From Diplonema japonicum (taxonomy: Eukaryota > Protista > Euglenozoa: Diplonemea): a stretch of DNA of 64,000 nt. The stretch covers positions 558,001 through 622,000 of the forward strand of contig OZ025664.1 of the NCBI GenBank assembly GCA_964019335.1, written 5' to 3'. How positions within the stretch are numbered: the first letter of the stretch is position 1; the number at the start of each line of letters is the position of its first letter. Positions 45,589 to 57,157 of the stretch are shown here, piece by piece. Below the pieces are notes generated by a model. The model saw only the letters and a list, made by a program, of their open reading frames with translations, was not told where the DNA came from and searched no databases. A program made the position numbers and the translations under genes.

Positions 45589-48542
45589 ATGTTGTCCTTT
45601 AAGCATGCATTGTCGGTTGAGCAAACAAGCAGAGGTGACGAGAAGCAGCGGAAGTGTACAGTGGTAGGTGTGGAGAAGGATGGGATCGTTTTGGTGGCGC
45701 GAGACGACTTTGACGAAAAAGGGTGTTATAGAACGTGTTTAGACATTTACGATATGAGGACAAGCGGGAGGAGACCGAAATCAGAGTACGTGGGGAGCAA
45801 GGAGGCACCGACACGGATAATGGCTGCCTCTGTCAATGTTGACAAGTCGTTGATCGCTTATACAACACAAAAAGAAAAGAAGCGGAACAATGACCCTGTC
45901 ACGGAGTACGACTGTTCCATAGGCCGCGGGGGCAAGTTCTACGCCATCAAGTCCCCGCCTACCGCACGCCAACAGTTCTCCCGAGTGCAGTTTGTTCACT
46001 TTGATATTAAATCTTCCAAGTCAGCATACCTCCACATGATAGACAAGGAACGGATAGACCTCTTCTCCATTACGCAGGACAGCAAAAAGGCCCTCACAGG
46101 ACAAGCGGACAGAATTTACGGCATTGCTGAGCAGCATATTTGGAGTCAGTTTATGCCTCATAACAACACTTTATATGTACTCGGAATCAAACAAAAAAAG
46201 CAAGGTGATGTGGAGTGCTCTCTGAAGTGCTACGGGTTCAGGGGTGTTGGCCACAAACCTGACATCCTTGAAGAACACATCTTCAAGATGAAGCTTTCCC
46301 CTTCTTCTCTCTCGCTTCCTTCTCTCTACTACAACCAGCCATGGGTGAACGGGGGTGCAAACCCCGACAGGACGCTCAAGCTCCAGATCGTCAACGCTGT
46401 CGAAAAACGGCGAAAAGGCGACGATCGGCACCAGATCCTCGTGCTCACCCACCAGCAGCTGGACAACAGCAGCCCGCACATGAAGCTCGGGATCTACTGT
46501 CTCATCACCAGGCACCACATGAACCTCACGATCAAGCCTGCAGCATCTCTCCCCCCTGTCTGTCCTTGCACGCCTATTTTTGTAGGCGCTTTGAAAAAGA
46601 GGATTCTCGTAGTGTACCTCCCAGGGTACTTCACGTACCTCATTGATGTGCAGCACAAGGGCAGACCGCCGAAGATACTGTTGAGCACGGTCGACCCTGA
46701 CATGACCCTGCCGCCAAGCCAGCAGGATACGGAATCTGACATGCTGACGCCGCAGGCTCTGCAGCAGCTTGAGAGGACGCCGCCCATCGACTTCGATGCG
46801 TGTGATGGAATGTCCTTTGAAACGTCGACCTATGGCTCCCCGCGCACTAACATGGGCATTGCACCGTTAGGGTCTCGTGCAGGGTCAAGCCCAACATCTT
46901 CCACCCCGGCGACACCTTTGCCCTCTAGAATGGTGCCCCCTCCCCAATCCCCTGCCTTTACTAGTTCCACCCAGAACTCCCCTGCCCCCCAGCCCTCGTC
47001 TGCCCCTGTCGCAGTCAACACCCAGCTCAACCCTACCTCTCCCTTGGTCGCCTCCGTCATCACCACGCAAGGTCTCATGCTTGTCGACCTCCACACCTGC
47101 ACCTTCTACACCTACTCCCTCAACGAAGAGATGTTCAAAACATGGTTCCTAAAGAGGACTGACGCGGCCAACCTCCCTTTGATGATGCACTTTTTGTTGT
47201 CCCACTTGCCCGATCTGTCTTCTTTGGGTCTCACCCCTTTGGGGGTGGTCAAGTCACTCCCCCCCACGATGCTGACACCGAACTTCTTCAAGGAGTACCT
47301 GCTGGGCGTGTCGTATGCGAGGATGCGGGACTACTACAAAGGTGACAGCGATGGGATGGACCTGGTGGATTTGATGCCGAAGAGCATACTGGGGACGACC
47401 TCAGGAGTGGCGGAGGGGTGCAAGATGGGAGCGTCGCGGCAAGCGTTTTCACTTATAACCGGACTGGAGAGGACGTTACAGCTGCCGGTGGGGATCAACT
47501 GGGAAGGGGTGGGCGAGCATCAGGTCGTGAACGGGAAAGCGCTGGACACGGCGTCGTCGAACGGCAGCCAGCAGAGCAGCGGTTTTTTCGCGTCGATCAA
47601 GGACAAGCTGTCGGGGGGGAACAGCAACGCGGGGAAGGGTTGCATGCGTCTCGAGAAGTCCGTCCAGGACGCTATGATGACTGCATTAACCGACGGCCTC
47701 ACCGAGCAGCTAATGCGCGGCGGCTCACGCATGGAGGCCAAGGGAGACCCGACACCACAACTGTGGAACCCCGTCCCGAGGAACAAAGCCGTGGCGTTTG
47801 TAAAGGAGTACAAAGAAGAGCTTAAAAAGATGGTGAAGGAGCTCGTCACCGTATTGGTGAAAACGTTCCAGTACACCTCAGGCGGGCAGGAAGCCTACGA
47901 TGCATACAGCGTACTGTTGGCAGTGACAGTGGCTCTTGAAGAGCTGTCCATGCCGCGGCCGGACATTCTCAACACGGAGTTTACCATAGCTGCGTACCAC
48001 GCGAACTCGCGGAAAGGGTTCCTTCAGCTTGTGAAACGTGGTGGCGTGCACCTCTCTGCCGATCTTATCGATACGTTAAGAGGAGAGGACATAAAACTGC
48101 AGCCTGTTCGGGGTAAAAACCTCCCAGAAGCAGACCAGGCGTTCTTCTTCCAGCTAATCCTGATGCTGGACACTATGGAGCGTCGCATCGACCGTGTTGA
48201 AGTAGATGAGCTTTGCGAACACTTCTTACTCCAATACTACCAAGCCCAGATGGGCAAGGATAAACCTAAAAAGGGAAGCAAGAACCTTTACTCGACCACA
48301 GCTCAACCTAAACAAGAAGACAGCGACCCGACTACTAACTTCATGCCGTTTGAGACATTGCGGCCAGGGTATGGGTTTTTTTCTTTTTTTTTTCCAAAAT
48401 TTTTTAAAATACTCAAATTAACAGCTGGGATTCATCCCATGCCGGGCTTTACCTGCAGTCACATGCAGCCGAGTTCATGGCCAAGGAAATGTCCCCATTG
48501 ATATCAGTGCGAAAAGGGAAATCAGGAGAAAACGGAAATTGA
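45589..48542 (+). CDS. Gamma-secretase-activating protein (GSAP/pigeon)-like (exons 45589-48368, 48425-48542)
   Basis: VVGVEKDG, ASVN.DKSLIA, RVQF, IAEQHIWSQF..LY and VYLPGYF..LID recall the GSAP N-terminal beta region. Terminal phase-2 intron. Confidence 0.6.
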
Positions 48543-49691
48543 AGAAGAAAAAAAAAAAAAACAAAAACAAAAACAAGAAAGAAAAAAAAAGAGGGATGGG
48601 GAGAAAGGGAGGTAAAAGGGGGACCTTTTTTGTTGTTGTTGCTACTTTTGGTAGCATTCTGACGTTTTTTTTTTTCCTTTTTTTTTCTTCCTTCTTTCTT
48701 TTGGGTTTGTGGGTTGCGAAGGGACGCCACCAACACTCCTTTTATCTCTTTTTAAATCTATTTCCTTTTTTTTTTATTCGCGTCCCCTGCTACCTACTTT
48801 CTTTCCATTCGAAACAAAAACAAAAAAGTGTGTGCCGATTGTTTGATTTTTTTATTTTCACTTTGCTTTCTTGTCCCCCCCCCCCCCTCACTTGCAAGCC
48901 TCATTCATCTCACCGGTTGGCTTGTCTACTTGTTTTTTTTTTTTTCCTTTAGATTTTTTTTAGTACCCCATTTGTGAACCTAATTAACAACCTGATTATG
49001 CAAAATATTGTGAAGAGGATGTTGATGCCACAAAACAAAAAAGAAAAGAAACGCCATATTTATATTTCTCGCCCCCTCCCCCTCCCCTCTTCTTTATGAG
49101 CTACAGCCTACAGCCGGTGGATCCCTTTTTTTTTTTTTTTTTTTTTTTTTTTCCTTGTTTCTTACCGGACCTCAAGAAACAAACAAAATTCAAATAGCTT
49201 GAATCTGTATAAGGGAATGGGATAAAGGCAAAAGCGTGTTTCTTGGTTTTTTGTTTGTTTTTTGAATTTTTTGTTTGTTTTGTTTTCTCTCATCAGAGCT
49301 ACTCTGCAATGACTATGCAGAAACCAAAGAGAGGAGGTGGCATGAGAGTTCGAAAAAGAAACCGAAAAAACTCTTATTTTCTGTCTTTTTTTTTTTTTTC
49401 TATACTTATTTTGTTGTTGACTGTAGTTCATGCGTATGTTGTAATCCGAGTGAATAGAGGAAGAAAGAAGAAGGAAAAAAGAAAAGGGAGGGTGGGGATA
49501 AAATAACCCTCCGTTTCTCCGTCTTTCCATTGGCTTTTTAAAGATTATTTTTACTTCCCCACCCCACCCCCCCCACCAACCCCTTTTTTTTCTACGGTTT
49601 CTTCATTAGGTTCAGGAAAAAAAAAAAGAAAAAAAAACGAAAAATAAATAAACAAAAATTGGTATTCTCCTTAAGCACTGCCCATCATTCC

Positions 49692-50985
49692 CACCACAGA
49701 TTAACGATACACACAACTCACCATGTGGAAGGACATCGGAGTGACAATGCTGGTGGCGTGCGTGACTGGGGTAACTGGACACGGGTACGTGAAGAGCCCG
49801 CCGTCGCGAGGGTACGCGTGCAACCAGAAGATGAACAGCGGGTGTGGGGCGGTGCAGTACGAACCGCAGAGTGTGGAGGGGCCGGACAGGTACCCCGCGT
49901 CGGGACCTCCTGACGGGGCGCTGGCCTCTGCGGGGAGCGGAACATGGTCGCCGCTGAACGAGCAGTCGTCAACGAGGTGGGCGAAGACGGCGGCGTCTGC
50001 TGGGCTGACCGAGTTCACCTGGCAGTTCACAGCGAACCACGTGACCCTGGACTGGAGGTACTACATCACGAAGGACGGGTGGAACCCGGAGGCTCCTCTT
50101 GGGAGGGACTCGTTCGAGGACAGCCCCTTCTGTGCCGAGGCGGGAGGGATGGTGAAGCCCCCCATGGTCACGACCCACTCCTGCACCCTCCCCTCCAAGA
50201 TCGGCTACCACGTCGTCATGGCCATCTGGGATGTCGGTGACACTGCCGCCAGCTTCTACAACGCTGTCGACCTTGACTTTGGTGGTGGTAATGGTAATGG
50301 TGGTGGTGGCAACGGGAATGGGAACGGGAACGGGAACAACGACCCCAAGACACCTGTCCCTACCCCGGCTCCCACACCGATGCCCCCTACTCCTCCTGTC
50401 CCGACACCCCGCACCCCGGCTCCCACTCCGGCTCCCACACCGTCGCCCCCCACCGGCGGGAGCAACAACTGCCAGATGATGATCCCCATGTGGGGCGGCT
50501 GCTTGCACGCCCCCACGTGCTGCTCGGGTGGAGCCTCGTGCTACCAGCAGAGCAAGTGGTACGCGCAGTGCTTGAAGAACAACCATCTCGGATACAAGAT
50601 TGGCTAAGCGCTGTTCCTTTCTGCTGCTGCAAAGAAAAACAACAACAACAAAGGAAAAAGAGGCTCTCTTTCCTTCCTCCCAACTTCTACTTTCATTTAT
50701 GTTCCATTATTCTGTGCCTGCGGTACTCGTGAGTTTTATCTATTAACACAATATCTTATTCCATTATGGCTGAAAACCTCTTCTCCATGTTTTATTGCGA
50801 CCCTTGTTGAGAGACGTATGGTCTCTTGTCGCCAGCTTCCCTCCGCATTATAACCTCTTCTGCTTCCGTCTTGGACTTGGTCCGGACGAAGCCGAGGAGT
50901 GATCCCATTTTTTTTTGTTTAAGGGCGTCCTATGAAACATTTTTACTTTTATAGCTCGTCTTTCCCCCGTTCTTGTTTTACTTCC
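49692..50985 (+). repeat. Dispersed ~1.3-kb duplication, copy 2
   Basis: Matches 7834-9140 with only a few substitutions and length differences in simple repeats. Confidence 0.95.
49723..50607 (+). CDS. Secreted AA10 LPMO-CBM1, copy 2
   Basis: Identical protein to 7865-8761 except R3K in the signal peptide and two fewer Gly-Asn units. Confidence 0.93.
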   Translation: MWKDIGVTMLVACVTGVTGHGYVKSPPSRGYACNQKMNSGCGAVQYEPQSVEGPDRYPASGPPDGALASAGSGTWSPLNEQSSTRWAKTAASAGLTEFTWQFTANHVTLDWRYYITKDGWNPEAPLGRDSFEDSPFCAEAGGMVKPPMVTTHSCTLPSKIGYHVVMAIWDVGDTAASFYNAVDLDFGGGNGNGGGGNGNGNGNGNNDPKTPVPTPAPTPMPPTPPVPTPRTPAPTPAPTPSPPTGGSNNCQMMIPMWGGCLHAPTCCSGGASCYQQSKWYAQCLKNNHLGYKIG

Positions 50986-51002
50986 GAGGAGTGATCCCAT
51001 TT
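50892..51002 (-). mobile_element. Candidate 73-bp poly(A)-tailed insertion between 19-bp direct repeats
   Basis: ccgaggagtgatcccattt at 50892-50910 and 50984-51002. The intervening sequence ends in an A-run when read on the minus strand. Confidence 0.45.
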
Positions 51003-51113
51003 CTTACTTGTTCTGGTTTCCCCCTATTGTCCTCTCTTGTTTCCTTTTCTTTTCCCCTCTTTCGCCAGCATGCCGCACACACATGAACACAGCACAGGGA
51101 CAGGTATGCAGCC

Positions 51114-51587
51114 ATGTCATACACGGAGAGAGATCACTTGCAGCTGTTCTGTATTTTTATGATTGCGATCATTGGGATAGAAATGGTGTTCTTTGGTGTG
51201 AAGATGGAGCGTGTGGTCGAGAATATCTTGCAATTCGCCTTGATCGTGTCCACATTCTGCACAGTATGCATGGGGTACAATGCAACAGAGAGTAAGTCCC
51301 TCACGGGGGCAAAATGGTTCTACCAGTTCCTTGTCGTCATAGGGGTTCTTGAAGTTCTTGAGTTCTGCACTGCTATCTACCTCCGTTACGGTGCTTCACG
51401 AGACCACGGGGAGTCCTTAGACACCCTCATAGGATGGCAAGTCTTCAACCTCTTGGGCACCGTTCTCGGTGCCTTCCTAGGCAGGAGGTACTATCTTTTC
51501 CTCGACTCCCGCAAGGCACTTGCAGCGCAGCCTCGCTCGCTGACAGACGCGGAGGAGAAGCCGAATAGTTTGCTGGCAGAGCTGTGA
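51114..51587 (+). CDS. Small four-TM membrane protein
   Basis: 157-aa ORF with four hydrophobic helices. Confidence 0.75.
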   Translation: MSYTERDHLQLFCIFMIAIIGIEMVFFGVKMERVVENILQFALIVSTFCTVCMGYNATESKSLTGAKWFYQFLVVIGVLEVLEFCTAIYLRYGASRDHGESLDTLIGWQVFNLLGTVLGAFLGRRYYLFLDSRKALAAQPRSLTDAEEKPNSLLAEL

Positions 51588-51786
51588 TATACATTATTGA
51601 TTTTTTATTTTTATTTCTTGGAGGAAAAAAAAAAAAAAAATAGGATAGAAGACTTTTTATCTGGTTTTGTTGTTTGTCTTTTTTTTTTTATTATTGCCTA
51701 TCTTTCCTTTTTTTTTCTGAATTGACATCCAAATAAAGAAAAGGAGAGGGAGGAGGAGGAGGTGGAGGGGAGAGGGAAAAAAAGAA

Positions 51787-52809
51787 ATGTCGATCCGACG
51801 GGAGAGCGCCCCTGAAATGCATTTCACGGCCAGCAACGGGCGATGGAAGGGCAGGCGGTTTTTCACAACGTCGAAGGCGGCGGGGCAGGCACGGCCACAA
51901 CACCTACACGGGGACGGGAAACCGAGGGCGAGACCGGGGAGACTGCAACCAATAACGAGGACACCCATACTAAGGTCAGGGTCGTGCCCACGATACGAGG
52001 AAAAACCAGAAGTAGTCGAAGTTGTAGAACTGGACGAATTCGAGGGCATAGACACTGGCGGAAGCATCAGCATAACCCCTTTGGTGTCCATGCTGTTCAG
52101 CTTGCAAAAGGCAGGTGGTGGTGATTTAATCCGAAAGATCACCTCTGTAAGCCAGAACGAGCTGGAACACAGAATGATATCAGCAGGCTACGAGCATACA
52201 CTGCTGACAAAACACAAGTTCCTCGCAATGCTTGAGGTCGTGCTGAACATCCACCCAGACGACCTTGACCACAGGGAGGCTTTGGTTCTGTTCACTCTGT
52301 TTGATGCAGATGACTCCAAGACCATCGACCCCCAGGAGTTCCGTGTCGGGGTGCACATGCTAAAGAACTCCAACGCCGCCGAACTTGTCATGAAACGAGT
52401 ACATTCCCTCCTACAGCTGGGGAATCGGTGTTACGAATCATCCCAATTCATAACAAGGTACGACCTTCAGCTCATTTACGAGTCTGTTGCGAACTTCAAC
52501 GCTGTGACTAAAGGGAAGGAAGTGGGCGAGCACTGTTCCAGGACGCTCATGGGGTTGATGGGTACCTACACGTGGGATAAGGCCCGTATCCCTGCGCAAA
52601 GTGTCCGTTTACAGATTTTCACCTCCCCTCTCCTCCTCTCATTTTTCAATCTTCACGATCAGGCCAACAATGTCAAGCAGGCTGTCAAAACGTGTGTGAC
52701 CCCGGAGCCGCTTGTGGCGTGCATGGCCGACACCATGCCTTCTACCCTTTCTACACCTATTCTGCCGCCTTTACGGCAGCATTCGAGTTACGTCCGGCCC
52801 TGGAGGTGA
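51787..52809 (+). CDS. EF-hand calcium-binding protein
   Basis: Canonical loop LFDADDSKTIDPQEF. The 3' end may be extended by splicing (AG|GTGAG at the stop). Confidence 0.7.
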   Translation: MSIRRESAPEMHFTASNGRWKGRRFFTTSKAAGQARPQHLHGDGKPRARPGRLQPITRTPILRSGSCPRYEEKPEVVEVVELDEFEGIDTGGSISITPLVSMLFSLQKAGGGDLIRKITSVSQNELEHRMISAGYEHTLLTKHKFLAMLEVVLNIHPDDLDHREALVLFTLFDADDSKTIDPQEFRVGVHMLKNSNAAELVMKRVHSLLQLGNRCYESSQFITRYDLQLIYESVANFNAVTKGKEVGEHCSRTLMGLMGTYTWDKARIPAQSVRLQIFTSPLLLSFFNLHDQANNVKQAVKTCVTPEPLVACMADTMPSTLSTPILPPLRQHSSYVRPWR

Positions 52810-52813
52810 GGTT

Positions 52814-52872
<59 letters not shown>

Positions 52873-53741
52873 TAACTTCACTTTGTGCGAAAAATTATTC
52901 TGATTTTTTTTTTGTTTTTGTTTGTTGCCGTGTTTAGAGATATGATGTCGGTGCTAGGGGAAGAAAAAAAGAAGAAGAAAAAAAAAAAACACCCTTGCAT
53001 TGCTCCTGACACATATCTTGCGCTTTTCCTTCGATGTTATTCTCCTCCTTTCCCCCCCCCCCCCCCTTCCCCTCCCTGGTGAGTATCATTCTAACACCGT
53101 AAGTTTAAAAAAAAAAAGAGGGGGGGTCATTTTCTTTTTTCTTCTCCCGGCCATCAACAATTGTGTGTGCTTCGTCTTTTTTTTTTCCATGCTTCTTCTT
53201 TCCTTCCTCTTTTTTTTTAATTTTTTTTCCCCCCATTCTTTCATGTCTCTAAATGACAACAAGCCGTGTCGATGGGAAAAGGGAGGGTCCCCCCCCCAAA
53301 AAAAAGGGCGGGAAAAAATCGTGATTTTTTTCCGGTCATTTTAGGGACATGAATGGTTGATTTTTTTTTTTTTTTTTTTTTTTTTCCCCTAGATCCGGTA
53401 ATTAGGCTCCCGCTTGTAATGTGCGCACAGAGAAGAGGTAGGTTGACACCTGCTTCTTTCCTCTTCATCTACTTCACGAAAACAGGCCTAGTCACTCTGC
53501 TCAACCCATCCCAGAATCAAGATTCTGCAGTGGGCCCCCGCATCCACCATACATGCAACCTCAGATGGTTCCAGCGGTAGCGATGCACAGGATAAGCCTC
53601 GACATCAACATTAATGTTAAGACTGACGAGGACTGGTGACTTGAAATCCCCTTGTAGCTTGTAATACCCAACCTTTTTTGCAGCCTCTCAGTTTTGATTT
53701 CTTCTTGTAACCTGTGCCCTGCATTATTAAATAAAACAACA

Positions 53742-53893
53742 TATTAAATGAAAATAAGTGCATTATTTCACTTGTGGTGGCGGGTTTAACTCGAAATTAT
53801 TACTACACTCGCTTCGCTCGTGAAGTAAGATCCTCTCTCGTTAAACCCCCTGCCACCACGCGTGAAATAATGCAATCTTATTTTCATTTAATA
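53742..53893. repeat. 152-bp palindromic (fold-back) element, MITE-like
   Basis: Left arm tattaaatgaaaataagtgcattatttcacttgtggtggcgggtttaac (53742-53790) is the near reverse complement of 53840-53893. Centre cactcgcttcgctcgtg. Confidence 0.8.
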
Positions 53894-54900
53894 AATAGTT
53901 ATTACTTCGTTTCTTCCAGACGAAAAAAAAAAAAAGTTTTTTTTAACTCATTTTATTTACCCTCTTTTTTTTTTTCTTTTTTTTTTTTTTCCTTTCCCTT
54001 TCTTATTTCCCCCTCGAGGGGAGTGCGAGAATGGGCGGGAAAAAAAAAAGAAAAAGAAATACAAAAAAGGATAAAGAAAACACCCAATGGAAGCCTAGCT
54101 TCCAAAGGGAGCCTGTTCTAAACCCTGGCAACCTTTTCTTTTATATTACCCCTTCTAATCAAGGTAGGCTACGTTAAGGAAGGGGGGGAAATATACAAAA
54201 AGGGTACCGCAAGGAAGCTCTTAAAGAGAAAAAAAAAATATATGGTGGTGTGGCAAGAAAAAGAGAAAAAAAAAAGAGGCAGTCAAGAGAACAGAACAGC
54301 GGGGGGGTCAAGAAAAAAGGAAGGAGCAGAAAGAGAGGAGTCATATTGATTAAGTACTTTTCTCTTCCTTCTGCCCTTCAAATCCATCTCTCTTCCAAAT
54401 TACAAACAAAAGAAATACAAAAGAAAAGGGCGAGGGGGGGGGGGGGGGGGGGGGTAACACCATTCAGCGGTTAGCAAATAAAAAACTTGTTCCCATCGTC
54501 GCCCCAACACTAGGCTTTTACCCGCACACGTACAAACAAAAAGATGATGGCACTAGACAAGGGCCCTCAGGAAGTAAGTACCTCGCGGTGACACAACGGT
54601 GGAAAGAAAAGTTTTTTTTTTTTTGCTAACCGGGAAAACGGTGTTTCTCTCAAAAGAAAAAGAAAAGAAGAAAAAAAAAGAAGAAGAGAAGAGAAAAAAA
54701 AAGATTAAAAAAAATAGGGGGGGAGGAATACTGTATGACTAATTTAATCTCAGGACAAAAAAAAAAGAAAAAAAAATGTCTCTGAAGCGATTAATTCAAC
54801 CATTTTTATTTTATTTTAAAAAGTTGGTAGGCAGTACAATCTCCTTTTTTTTTTTTTATTCCTTCTTCTTCTTCTTCTCCAATCTAGAATACGTGCTGGG

Positions 54901-54934
<34 letters not shown>

Positions 54935-55035
54935 AAAACAAAACAAAAAAGCTCATATTTATTAGATACTTTTCAAGTTCCACTCTTCTCTAAACCCAAA
55001 AAACAAAAATAGAAAGAAATATGAGGTTTCTTTGT

Positions 55036-55077
<42 letters not shown>

Positions 55078-55137
55078 TTAGTAGGGGGTAAACATAAGGG
55101 GGAAAAAAAAAAAAAAAAAAAACAAAACAAAATAATA

Positions 55138-55620
55138 ATGGTGAACCGGATCTGGAATGAAAAGGGCTTAGAAGAAGGGAGTACAAACACGAGAACAAAG
55201 ATGCTGGAGAGGAGAATAGCCGAAACAAGAGACATGTGCCACGCCTTCGAGGTGAAGATGAGAACCGCGAAATTGGGTGTAAGCGACTTAGTAGGGGGTG
55301 ACTCAGGATTTTTTACCGGTAAAAAGAAGAAGGCAAAAGCAGGGCACACCAGGAGGAGGAAAGACACATGTCCCTCAGTCAGCATAAGGAGCGACAACGC
55401 TAACAAAAAGCGTTCGTCTGACTCGGTCATAGATATCAAGTACCCCTACCCCCCTCGTGAGCCGCGGTACCTTCACCTGTCCTCTAGCAACAGCATGACT
55501 TCCCACAGATCACTGCTTGATAACTACCATTTGCCTTTGTATTCTTCCTTCACACCGTCTGGTGAGTACACCCTCCCCCCTCTTCCATCCCTGTACTCGA
55601 GATCACCTCCTCTTGGCTAA
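55138..55620 (+). CDS. Basic hypothetical protein
   Basis: 160-aa ATG ORF of coding-like composition. No family recognised. Confidence 0.5.
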   Translation: MVNRIWNEKGLEEGSTNTRTKMLERRIAETRDMCHAFEVKMRTAKLGVSDLVGGDSGFFTGKKKKAKAGHTRRRKDTCPSVSIRSDNANKKRSSDSVIDIKYPYPPREPRYLHLSSSNSMTSHRSLLDNYHLPLYSSFTPSGEYTLPPLPSLYSRSPPLG

Positions 55621-55915
55621 GAGGGGAGACAAGGGCGGGGGGGGGGGGAAAAAGAAGGGGGTGTACATTTCCATGTTCGACCCTTTTTTTTTTTTTTTTT
55701 TTTTTTTTCCTTCTTTTTTTTTTTTTTTTAATTCCTGCTTTGTTTTTTTTCTTTTTTTTTATTATTATTACCTCCCCCCTCCTTGTTTGGTGAGGGGATA
55801 AAAAAAGAAATTAGCCTGTTGTTCCTCCCTTTTTTTCGTTCTTTCTTTCTTTCTCATACATGACATCTCTGCCTACATACACCACACAGAGGGTCGGGCA
55901 CCCTAGAGGGAAAAG

Positions 55916-57106
55916 ATGATGCAGGCAGTAGTGTTGGGGCTGACGGTGTGTGCGGTGGGTGCTGTGATGGACGTGCGGCCAGACGATGTGACCGCACTGT
56001 TCGACGTGCTGAGGAGCGAAGACGAGCCGCACATGGTGCTCCTCTACGACAGCACCATAGGGGGCGGTGCCTTTGCCAGGAAGTTCGTAGGTGACGTCGA
56101 GTCGCAGCTTACCCTTTACGCCGACTGCTATGCCGCCGACGTTGCGGAGCACCGCCTGAAGTGGATGGCCCAGGCCTTCAACATGAAGGAGGAGCCTGGT
56201 TACGCTTTCTTGTTCTACGGCACATCCGCAACCCCCTCCACGGCGAAGGGGAAGCTCCACAGACCTGGCGGTGTCAAGAAGCCAGCTACCTACGCAGGCC
56301 CGCTTGCCAACCTTAAAGGATGGGTTCAGTCAAAACAGCCCGACCCAAAAGGCCTTCAAAGACTGTCTCCTAAAAAAGAAGAAGAAATTTTGAAAATTGT
56401 CGGAGCGACTGACGGCGACACGCTTGTTGTGTACACCGACAAGGACAAGGTGTCCCCCGCCCTGCGGGCCATCGTGGCAAGGGTGGGGAACACAGTAGGT
56501 AGCACCGTCCTAGCAAAGGTGAAGAACGGGAACCCATTCGGTGTCGTGAAGCTCCCTACCCTGGTACTGTACGCAGAGGCCGGGGAAAAGAGAATCTACG
56601 AAGGGAAGATGGAAAGAGAAGAGATCGAAACCTTTGTAGGGAAGGAACCAAAGGAGGACAGGATGAAACTCCTAAAAAGCAAAGACAACATGGTGTGGGA
56701 GGCCGCGGTGAAAAAACACAGAGACCCTGTCATCCCTGTCAAGACGCAGGAAGAATGGACTGAGACAGTGGTGGGTGAGGGTAAAGGACTGGTGATGGTT
56801 GCTTTCTTGGATGAGGCTGACGAAGAGTTCAGTGACATGATGAAGGTTCTGAAACAAGCTGTAAAGCAGCACTCTGCCATTCAGAGTGCTGCATGGGTCC
56901 CTACTTCCATTTCTGCAGACCTCAGGGGGCACTTCGATGTTGACCCAAACAGCATCATGTTCATTTCCAACCCCACAGGCAAATACATTCGCTTTACAGG
57001 CTCCAAGAGCCGTCTGTCTCGGTTCATCGATGGCCCGCTCAAAAGATCTAAAGGCGCCAAGGACCTTGGCACCTTGCCTTCGTTGAACGAACAGAACGAG
57101 CTGTAA
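55916..57106 (+). CDS. ER-resident thioredoxin-fold (PDI-like) protein without CXXC
   Basis: Signal peptide, Trx-like segments (HMVLLYD, FGVVKLPTLVLY...IYEG, VMVAFLD) and C-terminal QNEL (KDEL-like). Confidence 0.7.
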   Translation: MMQAVVLGLTVCAVGAVMDVRPDDVTALFDVLRSEDEPHMVLLYDSTIGGGAFARKFVGDVESQLTLYADCYAADVAEHRLKWMAQAFNMKEEPGYAFLFYGTSATPSTAKGKLHRPGGVKKPATYAGPLANLKGWVQSKQPDPKGLQRLSPKKEEEILKIVGATDGDTLVVYTDKDKVSPALRAIVARVGNTVGSTVLAKVKNGNPFGVVKLPTLVLYAEAGEKRIYEGKMEREEIETFVGKEPKEDRMKLLKSKDNMVWEAAVKKHRDPVIPVKTQEEWTETVVGEGKGLVMVAFLDEADEEFSDMMKVLKQAVKQHSAIQSAAWVPTSISADLRGHFDVDPNSIMFISNPTGKYIRFTGSKSRLSRFIDGPLKRSKGAKDLGTLPSLNEQNEL

Positions 57107-57126
57107 GTGTACTTTTTTTTTGTTTC

Positions 57127-57157
<31 letters not shown>

